Shown here: one piece after another, positions 29,075 through 37,696 of the stretch | Layout of the letters: every line of letters begins with the position of its first letter | Numbering within the stretch: the first letter of the stretch is position 1 | Source of the DNA: Methanobacteriota archaeon | GTDB taxonomy: Archaea; Thermoplasmatota; Thermoplasmata; SG8-5; JAGLSY01 | Direction: 5' to 3' | DNA length: 64,000 nucleotides | Assembly (NCBI GenBank): GCA_020696385.1 | Contig: JAEHCQ010000007.1 | Location: 1 to 64,000, forward strand | Notes under the pieces: model-generated | Told to the model about the DNA's origin: nothing | Database searches by the model: none | What the model saw: only the letters and a program-made list of their open reading frames with translations | Translations under genes and position numbers: made by a program

Positions 29075-30081
29075 TGGTCGATTATAATGCAATGACCCAG
29101 GAGATACGAGCCAAGGCAAAGGCAATGCTAGAGAACAAAGAGGTCAAGTACATCATTGGCTGGGAAAGGGGTGCTAATTCATTCATATCCAGGCCAGTCA
29201 TCATAAGGGATGCAGGCGACACGGACAGGCTGGTATGGAATCCAGGCTGTGTGGACAATTTGACCAGATACCTTGTTGAGGAAATGCAATACAAGCCCAA
29301 GAGGGGTGAGGAACCAGACCTCGGTCCAGTTGGTATCATTGTGAAGCCATGCGATTCTAAATCAATTGTCGAACTTATCAAGGAAAATATCGTACCCCGA
29401 GAGAGGGTGAAGATCATCGCTGTTACAAATATTGGCACAGTGGAAACTAACAAGCTCAGAAAAGTTCTTCAGAAGATACCACAGGACAAGAGAGCTGGCA
29501 TCGATATCTTACAGGATGATAATGAGTTCATCATCAAGTACGATGGTGGAGAACTGAAAGTTCCGCGACCGGAATTGTTAGCCAACAAATGCGAAACATG
29601 TGTCACACACAATCCAGTGATACATGATGTCGTCATTGGCGATAAGATAGAGGGCTTTGAGGCCGATAAATGGGCCGATTTGGCTGAACTGGAAAGCATG
29701 AGCCCCGAGGAAAGATGGAAGTTCTGGGAAGACCAGATCTCCAAATGCGTCAGATGCTATGCTTGCCGTGATTCATGTTCACTCTGCTACTGTGCGGAAT
29801 GTGTATTTGACAAGGAGAAACCATTCACCTGGATAGACAAAACTGTAGACGTAAGCAACAATATGTTCTACCATCTGGTCAGAGCAATGCACCTAGCTGG
29901 TAGGTGTGTGGATTGTGGCGAATGCGAGCGTGTTTGCCCGGTGAACATTCCTATCAGGAAACTCAACCGCCTTCTTTTGAAGAGCGCGAAAGACCGATAC
30001 AAGATATACCCTGGCATGAACCCGGAGGACAAGCCAATGTTCGGAAGTTATGACATTGCAGATCCTGACGAGGTGGTTTGA
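29074..30081 (+). CDS. FlxD/FdhB-like 4Fe-4S protein
   Basis: KPCDSKS, CVRCYACRDSCSLCYC, RAMHLAGRCVDCGECERVCP. Confidence 0.85.
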   Translation: MVDYNAMTQEIRAKAKAMLENKEVKYIIGWERGANSFISRPVIIRDAGDTDRLVWNPGCVDNLTRYLVEEMQYKPKRGEEPDLGPVGIIVKPCDSKSIVELIKENIVPRERVKIIAVTNIGTVETNKLRKVLQKIPQDKRAGIDILQDDNEFIIKYDGGELKVPRPELLANKCETCVTHNPVIHDVVIGDKIEGFEADKWADLAELESMSPEERWKFWEDQISKCVRCYACRDSCSLCYCAECVFDKEKPFTWIDKTVDVSNNMFYHLVRAMHLAGRCVDCGECERVCPVNIPIRKLNRLLLKSAKDRYKIYPGMNPEDKPMFGSYDIADPDEVV

Positions 30082-30186
30082 ATGCGAGAACAAAGTGATT
30101 GCAATCAGAACTTCGAAAAAATCGAAGTTTTGAATGCACGAATGAATTCGCGCATTCAAAATCCCGGCATGGAATGGAGGGATTGA
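30082..30186 (+). CDS. Bridging micro-ORF / palindromic element 3, 34 aa (MREQSDCNQNFEKIEVLNARMNSRIQNPGMEWRD)
   Basis: ATG abuts the upstream TGA behind GAGGTGG; stop lies 2 nt before the next ATG. Confidence 0.6.
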   Translation: MREQSDCNQNFEKIEVLNARMNSRIQNPGMEWRD

Positions 30187-30188
30187 AT

Positions 30189-31220
30189 ATGGCGGAAATG
30201 ATCATCAAGAAAGTGAGAGTGGATGGCCTATTCGAAGCAATGAAAGATTTCGAGGTATATGGACCGATTACCAAGGACATGATCACAAGATACCAGAAAA
30301 CAACTGGAACTCCAGACCTGGTCTTCAAAAGCTCGAGGAAACCACCCAAAGAAGTATTTTTCCCTCAGACAGAAAAGATGTTCGATCTGGTCAAGGATGG
30401 AACAAGATTCGTTGGGGCAAAGGATGTACCTCCGGGTGACAAGCCGATTCTACTATTCGGACTAAGGCCTTGTGATGGACGTGCATTGAATGTACTGGAC
30501 GAGCTGTTCAACTGGGATTACACTGATCCATATTACGTGGATAAAAGAAAAAAATCCACGGTCATTGGACTTGCCTGTACCCTACCAGCCATGCCGAAGG
30601 ACAATTGCTTCTGCACATCCATGGGCGGCAGCCCGGGATCCAGCGAGGGAATGGACATGCTCTGGGTGGACATAGGAGATTCTTACTATGTCGAGTCTCT
30701 TAATGATAAGGGCAATGCCATACTGGAACTTGGAAAAGGCATATTCGAGGAATCTGGCGATGATGTAAGATCATCGGCTGGAAAGGCCATAGAGGATGCT
30801 GCCAATGCCATTGATCGTAAACTGGATACAAGCGGAGTGCGTGATGCGCTTGCCAAGTCCTTTGACTACAATTATTGGGACGAGTTCTCCAAGAGATGCA
30901 TGGGATGCGGCATATGCACCTTCCTGTGTCCGACCTGCCATTGCTTCGATATACAAGATATCGTAAAGAATGGCGAAGGCGTGAGACAGAGATCATGGGA
31001 TTCCTGCCAGTTCGACTATTACAGCATACATGCTTCAAATCATAATCCAAGGCCAGAGAAGAAGAACAGACAACGCAACCGTGTTTATCACAAATTCTAC
31101 TATTCGGAGAATAAACTGGGACTTGTTGGATGTGTAGGTTGCGGAAGATGTATCAATCTCTGCCCGGTGAATATCGATATCATTGAAGTGATCCAAGGCG
31201 CGAAGGAGTTGAGCCAGTGA
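30189..31220 (+). CDS. FlxB/AsrA-like 4Fe-4S protein
   Basis: GLRPCD, CFCTS, CMGCGICTFLCPTCHCF, WDSC, CVGCGRCINLCP. Confidence 0.85.
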   Translation: MAEMIIKKVRVDGLFEAMKDFEVYGPITKDMITRYQKTTGTPDLVFKSSRKPPKEVFFPQTEKMFDLVKDGTRFVGAKDVPPGDKPILLFGLRPCDGRALNVLDELFNWDYTDPYYVDKRKKSTVIGLACTLPAMPKDNCFCTSMGGSPGSSEGMDMLWVDIGDSYYVESLNDKGNAILELGKGIFEESGDDVRSSAGKAIEDAANAIDRKLDTSGVRDALAKSFDYNYWDEFSKRCMGCGICTFLCPTCHCFDIQDIVKNGEGVRQRSWDSCQFDYYSIHASNHNPRPEKKNRQRNRVYHKFYYSENKLGLVGCVGCGRCINLCPVNIDIIEVIQGAKELSQ

Positions 31221-32149
31221 CGAGAGAGAACGTTTACAAGCCAGAGACAGCGACAGTAACAGATATACAGCTCGAAGCTGGCGGCGGCAGACCCATCAGG
31301 ACCATGACCTTCCAGGTTGATGATCCAACCGAGAGGAAGAAATTCCTGCATAAGCCAGGCCAATTCATAATAATCAGTTACTTCGGAACAGGCGAGAGCG
31401 TCTTCGCAATATCCTCGCTACCAAACGAGGATGGTATCATCCAGGTATCCGCCATGAAGGTAGGAAATGTAACCGGAAGACTTCATGCTCTTGCAGTTGG
31501 TGACAAGGTCGGCGTTAGAGGGCCTTACGGCAAGGATTTCCCCGTCGACGAATGGAAGGGGAAGAACCTTGTGTTCATAGGCGCGGGCATCGGTATATCG
31601 CCTGTAAGGGCTGTTTATCAATACGTACTAACGCCGGAGCAAAGGAAAAACTACGGTGATGTGACATTGATCTACGGCGCAAGGACACCTGCGGATCTCG
31701 CCTTTAAAGATGAGTTCAAAGAGATGGACACCAGAGATGATCTGAATCTCTGGCTTTGCATCGACTGGAAGTTCGGGCCAAAGGGACCGATAGAGGGAAA
31801 TGCACACACAGACTGGCCAGCGATCAATATGAGCGCACCAGGCGATACAGTCGTTCCCGAAGGCATTAACAAATTCACCGCCTTCGTTCCTCAGCTCGTC
31901 GAGGTCGTGAAGCCGAAGCCAGAAAATGCCATCGTGGTAACCTGCGGACCTCCAATCGCGATCAAGTTCATAACCCAGGCCTTAGCCAAATTGGGCTGGA
32001 GCCCGGAACAGGTTTACACAACATTGGAGAACAGGATGAAGTGCGGTATTGGCAAGTGCGGCAGATGTAATGTTGGCGACAACTATGTCTGCAAGGACGG
32101 GCCAGTCTTCACCCAGAAAGAGATATCCGAGATGTTCGACGACCAGTGA
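31217..32149 (+). CDS. FlxA/AsrB/HydG-like FAD- and NAD(P)-binding [2Fe-2S] subunit
   Basis: PGQF, RGPYG, GAGIGISP, CGPP, MKCGIGKCGRC..CKDGPVF. Confidence 0.88.
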   Translation: MTRENVYKPETATVTDIQLEAGGGRPIRTMTFQVDDPTERKKFLHKPGQFIIISYFGTGESVFAISSLPNEDGIIQVSAMKVGNVTGRLHALAVGDKVGVRGPYGKDFPVDEWKGKNLVFIGAGIGISPVRAVYQYVLTPEQRKNYGDVTLIYGARTPADLAFKDEFKEMDTRDDLNLWLCIDWKFGPKGPIEGNAHTDWPAINMSAPGDTVVPEGINKFTAFVPQLVEVVKPKPENAIVVTCGPPIAIKFITQALAKLGWSPEQVYTTLENRMKCGIGKCGRCNVGDNYVCKDGPVFTQKEISEMFDDQ

Positions 32150-32334
32150 AGCTTATCCTCGATCAAAGTATGAGTGAGCCATAGCCATTATTGAGCTATA
32201 GCTCTAATCTATGGATAAATAGAATAATGTAAAAATAGTTAAAACAAGAATAACAATAAATTATTAAATTTAAAAGTCAGACCATAAACTATATAATCGT
32301 GTTCAAACATAATAAGATTAATTCGGTGGGTAAT

Positions 32335-32787
32335 ATGACAGGGGAAGAAGAACAACACGTTAGAAACATGATCGATTATGTAGAAGGTCAGGTAGAGCAT
32401 GGAATGAGGATCGGAGCAAATTTGCAGGAAGTAGCAAATATGCTGGCAGGTGCGAAGATGATGCTTGATAGCGGGCTAGTACAAGAGGCCGCTAATATGT
32501 CCGAGCTTGCCCTGGAATTGGCCAATTACACCCTGCAACATCACAAATTACTGGTGACCACCATAAAGAAAGGAAGACGAATGGTGGATGAGATCGTCAG
32601 TAATGGTGGAGAGGTTAGTGAATATATCAAATTATTATTGAAGGCAGAGGAAGCCCTTGAGAGATCGGAACTCAAGGAAGGGGTGGATTATGCAATGAAA
32701 TGCGTCAATTGCCTTGAGCAGTACAGTTCCTCCATGGAGAATAAGCCAGAGAGCCCAAAACCTGATGAGAAGGAATTTATTGTTTAG
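32335..32787 (+). CDS. Hypothetical helical protein
   Basis: ORF with its own AT-rich upstream region; no family recognised. Confidence 0.6.
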   Translation: MTGEEEQHVRNMIDYVEGQVEHGMRIGANLQEVANMLAGAKMMLDSGLVQEAANMSELALELANYTLQHHKLLVTTIKKGRRMVDEIVSNGGEVSEYIKLLLKAEEALERSELKEGVDYAMKCVNCLEQYSSSMENKPESPKPDEKEFIV

Positions 32788-32953
32788 TCGAGAGATCATA
32801 AATAGATTTTTAACCAAAACAGATAAAAACTGCATGGCTATTACATAGCATGTGCCAGTTCTCTTGAGGATTGAAAGTACATAAGGACTGGCCAACAAAA
32901 AAGAATACAATAACAATATTGGGCGGCCCACAAAAGAGAAGACAATGACATAA

Positions 32954-33027
32954 GGACTCATAGGGTAGCTAGGATATCCTGCTGGCCTTCGAAGCCAGCG
33001 ACTGGGGTTCGAATCCCCATGGGTCCG
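32954..33027 (+). tRNA. tRNA-Arg(TCG)
   Basis: Acceptor stem GGACTCA/TGGGTCC, anticodon arm CTGGC-CTTCGAA-GCCAG, T arm TGGGG-TTCGAAT-CCCCA. Confidence 0.96.
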
Positions 33028-33148
33028 CTTTTTATTTATTTTATAATCAGAGGCAAGTGGGGATGAGAACAAAGTTCGATGAATGATTTCTAAGCAAAGC
33101 GAAGAAATCATGAGCAAGACCAAGTTGGCGAAGTCAGATTGGTCGCTG

Positions 33149-33180
33149 ATCCCCATGGGTCCGTTTTTATTTATTTTATA
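33149..33180 (+). repeat. Direct repeat of the tRNA-Arg 3' end plus T-rich trailer (att-like)
   Basis: ATCCCCATGGGTCCG(C)TTTTTATTTATTTTATA at 33013-33045 and 33149-33180; a degenerate third copy near 33245-33258. Confidence 0.85.
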
Positions 33181-33295
33181 TTAGAAGGACCCATGAGTTC
33201 GCATCATTATATTTATATTTATTTTCATATTATCGCGAGCTCCAGGGTCCGCTTTTTAGTTAGTTTTTTATGTCTCTTATTGATTGGTCTATCTC

Positions 33296-33613
33296 ATGGA
33301 CGATCAATGTGATAAGTGCGGTATTTGCTGTAAACTTTTCCTCATTAATTTGAATGAAGAAGAATACAAGTCTGGAAACTATAAAACAATGAATCAGGAC
33401 TTTGGATATATTGATGATTTTGAGGACGCTGAATTCCGTGGTGCTAATATTCTAGAAACAAAAGAAGATGGAAGTTGCACCTATTTGAAAGGAGTGAAAT
33501 GTTCGATCCATAATGATCGACCACAGGTATGTAGAAACTTTTTTTGCAGATCAAAAGATCCTAAATGGAAAGGAATGATCGACACGATCAATGATGCAAA
33601 GAATATAAAGTAA
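33296..33613 (+). CDS. YkgJ-family Zn/Fe cysteine-cluster protein
   Basis: CDKCGICC...CTYL...CSIHNDRPQVCRNFFC. Confidence 0.85.
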   Translation: MDDQCDKCGICCKLFLINLNEEEYKSGNYKTMNQDFGYIDDFEDAEFRGANILETKEDGSCTYLKGVKCSIHNDRPQVCRNFFCRSKDPKWKGMIDTINDAKNIK

Positions 33614-33617
33614 GATT

Positions 33618-33646
33618 GAGGCCGAGCTTTATTTCAAGCTCGGCCT
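33618..33646. terminator. Hairpin between convergent genes
   Basis: GAGGCCGAGCTT-TATTTC-AAGCTCGGCCT. Confidence 0.5.
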
Positions 33647-33664
33647 TATTTTGTTAGAATATAT

Positions 33665-34237
33665 CTACCAGTTTTCGGCCAGCATCTCGAAATACTTCTG
33701 ATCATGTTTGCAAGCTGGACATATTTGAGGGGCTACCTCGGCCTCTGTGATGTAACCGCAGTTGATGCATCTCCAAACTGTTGGCTCGGACTTCTTGAAG
33801 ACTGTACCAGCCTCAATGTTCTTGATGAATCCAAGGTACCTGTCCTCATGCTGCTTCTCTGCAACTGCAATAGCTCTCATGACGGCTGCAACCTCAGGGA
33901 AACCCTCTGCATCCGCAATTTTGGCGAAATCCGGGTACATCTCAGTCCACTCGTGATTCTCACCCGCGGCCGCAGCCTTCAGGTTCTCCACTGTCGTGCC
34001 GATCGAGCCTGCTGGGAATGCTCCTGTGATCTCACACTCTCCACCCTCAAAGAACTTGAACAGCCTCTTGGCGTGTTCCTTCTCCTGGTTCGCGGTCTCC
34101 TCGAAAGCCAGTGATACCTGCACGTATCCTTCTTTCTTGGCCACTGCGGCCCAGAAAGTGTATTTGTTCCTTGCCTGTGACTCACCTGCGAAGGCGGCCA
34201 TTATGTTCTTTTCCGTCTGTGTTCCTTTCAAACCCAT
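33665..34237 (-). CDS. rbr: Rubrerythrin
   Basis: [32 protein letters not shown]. Confidence 0.95.
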   Translation of the reverse strand: MGLKGTQTEKNIMAAFAGESQARNKYTFWAAVAKKEGYVQVSLAFEETANQEKEHAKRLFKFFEGGECEITGAFPAGSIGTTVENLKAAAAGENHEWTEMYPDFAKIADAEGFPEVAAVMRAIAVAEKQHEDRYLGFIKNIEAGTVFKKSEPTVWRCINCGYITEAEVAPQICPACKHDQKYFEMLAENW

Positions 34238-34239
34238 GT

Positions 34240-34677
34240 TTATTCCTCCATATCCATTTTTATACTTTTTTCATTAATGTAATCACCAAACTTGACATCC
34301 TCGCCCTTGATATGATTTACAAGCCAGTTCAGAAGATATGTGTTTATGGAGTCTGCCAATGACCCGGTCGCACCCTCATCCTCGAAATCTTCTTCCAACT
34401 GCTTGAGGGCAGTGGTGAACTCAGAGTGCATCTTCTTCTGTTCCTCAAGGCCAGGATAGGCGTATTTGGCCATCTGCTTCTCTTCGTCAGTGAAGTGGAA
34501 ATCTGTGTATTCGTACATGAATTCCAATGATTTCAAAATCTCACTGGCTCCCTGTGATGTCTCGACTGCCTTTGATAATTGAGTCAGTCTTTGTATCAAG
34601 GTCTTGTGCTGTTCATCGACAATATCAATACCCACCGATAGACTATCATCCCATTCTATACATACCATATTTTTCAA
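34240..34677 (-). CDS. Bacteriohemerythrin
   Basis: W..SLSVGI..VDEQH, HFTDEE, WLVNHI..ED. Confidence 0.9.
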   Translation of the reverse strand: MKNMVCIEWDDSLSVGIDIVDEQHKTLIQRLTQLSKAVETSQGASEILKSLEFMYEYTDFHFTDEEKQMAKYAYPGLEEQKKMHSEFTTALKQLEEDFEDEGATGSLADSINTYLLNWLVNHIKGEDVKFGDYINEKSIKMDMEE

Positions 34678-34683
34678 CCCCTA

Positions 34684-34866
34684 TTATTCCAGAGTGACAG
34701 CACCTACCGGGCAGCTAGCCTCACATGCTCCACATTCAATACAGGAATCCGAATTGACCACATGGGCCTTTCCATCTTTAATCTCAAACACATTGGGATC
34801 GCCAGGACATACATCAAAGCAGTCTCCAGCTCCCTCACAAACCTTCATATCAACTTTTGGCGGCAT
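34684..34866 (-). CDS. Dicluster ferredoxin
   Basis: CEGAGDCFDVCP (second Cys replaced by Ala, suggesting a 3Fe-4S site) and CIECGACEASCP. Confidence 0.88.
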   Translation of the reverse strand: MPPKVDMKVCEGAGDCFDVCPGDPNVFEIKDGKAHVVNSDSCIECGACEASCPVGAVTLE

Positions 34867-34930
34867 TCTATTCACCCTGGGAGTCAAATGAGATTTACCA
34901 TATATACATTATCCCTGTGAATATCAGGCT

Positions 34931-35833
34931 CTAAATGATCAGATCGCTCATTTCAACAAAGGAAACCTCTTCCATATGGTGTGGATAATACCTTTTCTTC
35001 GCCTTTCTAAGACCTGGCATCCCAAGGTCAGATTCACGGTTGATGTACTTGAAATCATTGGCCAATATAATGGCGGCCTCCTGATTGATCAATTGATATA
35101 TTCCATCGAACTCGGGCATTGCTTTCTCATAATGAATGATCACTGTGTCATCATTAATTGCCTCAAATACCGAAATACCCTCGATATTGCCATCGATCCT
35201 CACAATGATGCCTTTTAGATCAAGTTCGAAAAGTTTATCCATTGATACCTTGAGAGCTTCAGCCTCTTCAGCCAGTATAGGATCTCCAGAGCAGTTCTTC
35301 CACTGGCACCATCTTTTCAGGAATTCCATAACTTCCTCAAAATTATTTTCAGATACATCCTTAATCTCATAATCATATCTTCGCTTGAACTTGCTTATCC
35401 TGGATCTTATCTTGGCATAATTACTTCCCTCAAGCTTAGCAAGGTCGGATGCCAAATAGACATAATCAAAATAATCCTCATTGGGTGTGAATTTTATATC
35501 GGGGTAGATCTTGGATATCCATTCGATCTCATCATTCTGAACTGCGACCAATGGTCTTTCTCCACCATGCTCCTTTGCCATCTTGATCATTGTTGCCAGT
35601 ACATCAGGATCTCTTGCGCCATGAGGAAGTCGGAAAAATACATGTCCACCCATCTTGCTCATTGAAAGCAGGTCCTCGCCAACAAAATGATAGTAATAAT
35701 CAGTATGATGTTTCCAGGATATCATTGTGGAAAAGAGCTTCTCGGAATGTGAGACTGGATACTTCGAATAATGCTTATCGAATTCCTTTTTGGAATCCAT
35801 CGTGATATCCTTGAAATCATCCATTGTGAACAT
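34931..35833 (-). CDS. DUF2156 / aminoacyl-phosphatidylglycerol-synthase-like transferase domain protein
   Basis: FDYVY, IHYEKA, GIYQLIN, YINRESDLGMPGLRKAK..Y.P. Confidence 0.85.
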   Translation of the reverse strand: MFTMDDFKDITMDSKKEFDKHYSKYPVSHSEKLFSTMISWKHHTDYYYHFVGEDLLSMSKMGGHVFFRLPHGARDPDVLATMIKMAKEHGGERPLVAVQNDEIEWISKIYPDIKFTPNEDYFDYVYLASDLAKLEGSNYAKIRSRISKFKRRYDYEIKDVSENNFEEVMEFLKRWCQWKNCSGDPILAEEAEALKVSMDKLFELDLKGIIVRIDGNIEGISVFEAINDDTVIIHYEKAMPEFDGIYQLINQEAAIILANDFKYINRESDLGMPGLRKAKKRYYPHHMEEVSFVEMSDLII

Positions 35834-35836
35834 TCA

Positions 35837-36262
35837 TTAATCTCCTTTGTACAGCATTGGTTCACCATTGAAATTATTGAAACCTATCTTCTCATAAAAT
35901 GGACGCGAACCCTGCTCGGCTATCAGACCGATCCATCCGATACCGTGTTTCTTGAGATGTGCCACCAGTGTATTGATGATAATACTGCCGATACCGAGAT
36001 TTCTAAGATCATCCCGAACAGCCACATCTTGAATATAGGCATCCGAAACACCGTCTGATATCGCTCGTCCCATCCCAACTGCCTTTCCACTGTCGCGGTC
36101 TATGGCGACAGCGAAGGCAAAGCTGCCCTTGATAAGGAGCGGGAGGCCTTCTGGCTCATATTCATCCTTCCACCACCCTCCTGCCTTGTAAAGATCTATT
36201 ATCTCGTCGATTGGCCATGACTTTACCAATTCCACCTGTATATCCTGCTTAACCATTCGCAC
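35837..36262 (-). CDS. GNAT acetyltransferase
   Basis: VGMGRAISDG, AYIQDVAV, RNLGIG, FYEKIGF. Confidence 0.88.
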   Translation of the reverse strand: MRMVKQDIQVELVKSWPIDEIIDLYKAGGWWKDEYEPEGLPLLIKGSFAFAVAIDRDSGKAVGMGRAISDGVSDAYIQDVAVRDDLRNLGIGSIIINTLVAHLKKHGIGWIGLIAEQGSRPFYEKIGFNNFNGEPMLYKGD

Positions 36263-36274
36263 ATCACCTATTGA

Positions 36275-36871
36275 TCATTTCAATATATCGTAAAATTCCT
36301 CGATCGGCATGATGGCCAGATGCCTGCCGAGTGATTCAAATATCTCGGAGAATATTTGAAGTTTGTGAGAAGCCTCATGCGCCTCCTTTGATTCCCAGAA
36401 AGTGACAAGGATATACTTCACTGGCTTCACATCAATGTCCCTGAGATCTCCGGGCAGAAAACTGCCAATGGCGGATATTCCATTTACCTTCAAAACCTTC
36501 GAACCAAGAAAACCTTCCATGCTCTCAGTGGCTCTGCAAAGATGCATGGCCTGTCCACGGAAGTTCTTCTCCTCGCCAGGTCTTAATGATATGAAATTAA
36601 GAGCGCATATCATGGACCTGCCTTCTTTCTCAAGATCTGCCTGATCATTAAGAGTGAGTATCTGGGAATCTATACCCAGTTTGACCAATCGTTCCTGGGC
36701 GATCTTCGAGCGATGTTCGGTGTTACATACCAGTAAAATATCCTTACCTTTGAGGAAATCGGTATGAAAATCCAGATCATAATGAGGAATATTAAGAGCT
36801 CCTTTGATATGCTCCTTTACGAATTCCTCTCGCGATCTTACATCGATTATTATCTTTTCTCCATCGGTCAT
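36275..36871 (-). CDS. Rhodanese fused to a sulfur-oxygenase-reductase-like (dimeric alpha/beta barrel) domain
   Basis: IDVRSREEF..HIKGA and active loop CNTEHRS, followed by LCRAT..GFLG, TFWESKEAHEASH, PIEEFY. Start trimmed to ATG 36871. Confidence 0.72.
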   Translation of the reverse strand: MTDGEKIIIDVRSREEFVKEHIKGALNIPHYDLDFHTDFLKGKDILLVCNTEHRSKIAQERLVKLGIDSQILTLNDQADLEKEGRSMICALNFISLRPGEEKNFRGQAMHLCRATESMEGFLGSKVLKVNGISAIGSFLPGDLRDIDVKPVKYILVTFWESKEAHEASHKLQIFSEIFESLGRHLAIMPIEEFYDILK

Positions 36872-36890
36872 AATATCATATCCAACAGGG

Positions 36891-37424
36891 TTACATGAAC
36901 TTCTCGAATCGTTCTTTTGTCGCCTTGCATATCGGGCATACTGGTGGTGGGTCGTCTCTTGCAGCCAGGTAGCCGCATACCTTGCATCTCCACACGGGGT
37001 ATGCGAGGGAAGTTGGTGTCTGGCCTTTTGGCTCATCTCCCATTTCATCTGAGATGGGTATCTGTGCCTTCTCTATCTTCCTTTCTGAATAGGATGGTCT
37101 TCTATCGGGTATTGGCTCGGGCTGTTTTTCACCACGCTTTATCTCATCCGAGACATAAAGCGCGCAATAGCAGGCTCCGAACTCATTGAGGTCACCATCA
37201 CGATAATCGCAGGGACAGATGATATCCAGATCATCCATTTTATTCCCATCAGCCAGTCTACATGGGCATGCCCAGTAACCGTATGTTTCCTCATTGGTCA
37301 GCAAGCCCTCAATGAGCTCCTTCACGAATTCCGTATCTGGGCTGAGGTGATAACCGAACTTTTCGGCATCCGAATCCAGCCTCTTGAATGTACTTTCTAT
37401 CTTTTCTTGAGGAATATCACTCAT
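36891..37424 (-). CDS. Ferredoxin:thioredoxin reductase catalytic domain fused to rubredoxin (FDR-like)
   Basis: CPCR, CPCDY, CYCALY, then WRCKVCGY..CPICKA. Confidence 0.88.
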   Translation of the reverse strand: MSDIPQEKIESTFKRLDSDAEKFGYHLSPDTEFVKELIEGLLTNEETYGYWACPCRLADGNKMDDLDIICPCDYRDGDLNEFGACYCALYVSDEIKRGEKQPEPIPDRRPSYSERKIEKAQIPISDEMGDEPKGQTPTSLAYPVWRCKVCGYLAARDDPPPVCPICKATKERFEKFM

Positions 37425-37696
37425 ACGCCAAGGGCCTCCTTGATCTCTTTCTCTTTGAAGCCCACTATGCATATCTCGTCCCTGATGACCAGTGTTGGAA
37501 ATGAGGTGCGCTCATTCCACTTTGCCACTTCCTTGATACATGCCTCGCGAGCTTCTCCAGCCAGCTTGTCCACGAACTCAACTTCATAGGCAACACCTAG
37601 TTCATTCAGTAAATTCTTTGTCTTCTTGCACCAGCCACATGTGCTGAGCGCGTACAATACTACTTTCCCCTTGTCTGTTCCATCAACATGTTCCAT
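37421..37696 (-). CDS. Glutaredoxin/NrdH-like redoxin
   Basis: STCGWC, SFPTL, IVGF; ATGA overlap with the FTR gene. Confidence 0.88.
   Translation of the reverse strand: MEHVDGTDKGKVVLYALSTCGWCKKTKNLLNELGVAYEVEFVDKLAGEAREACIKEVAKWNERTSFPTLVIRDEICIVGFKEKEIKEALGV

Noticed and set aside
20652-30186. Intergenic hairpins as SECIS elements
   Set aside because: HdrA, MvhD and the Fe-S genes have Cys at the motif positions and no in-frame TGA.
32635-33156. 173-aa minus-strand ORF
   Set aside because: It runs antisense across tRNA-Arg(TCG) and a plus-strand gene.
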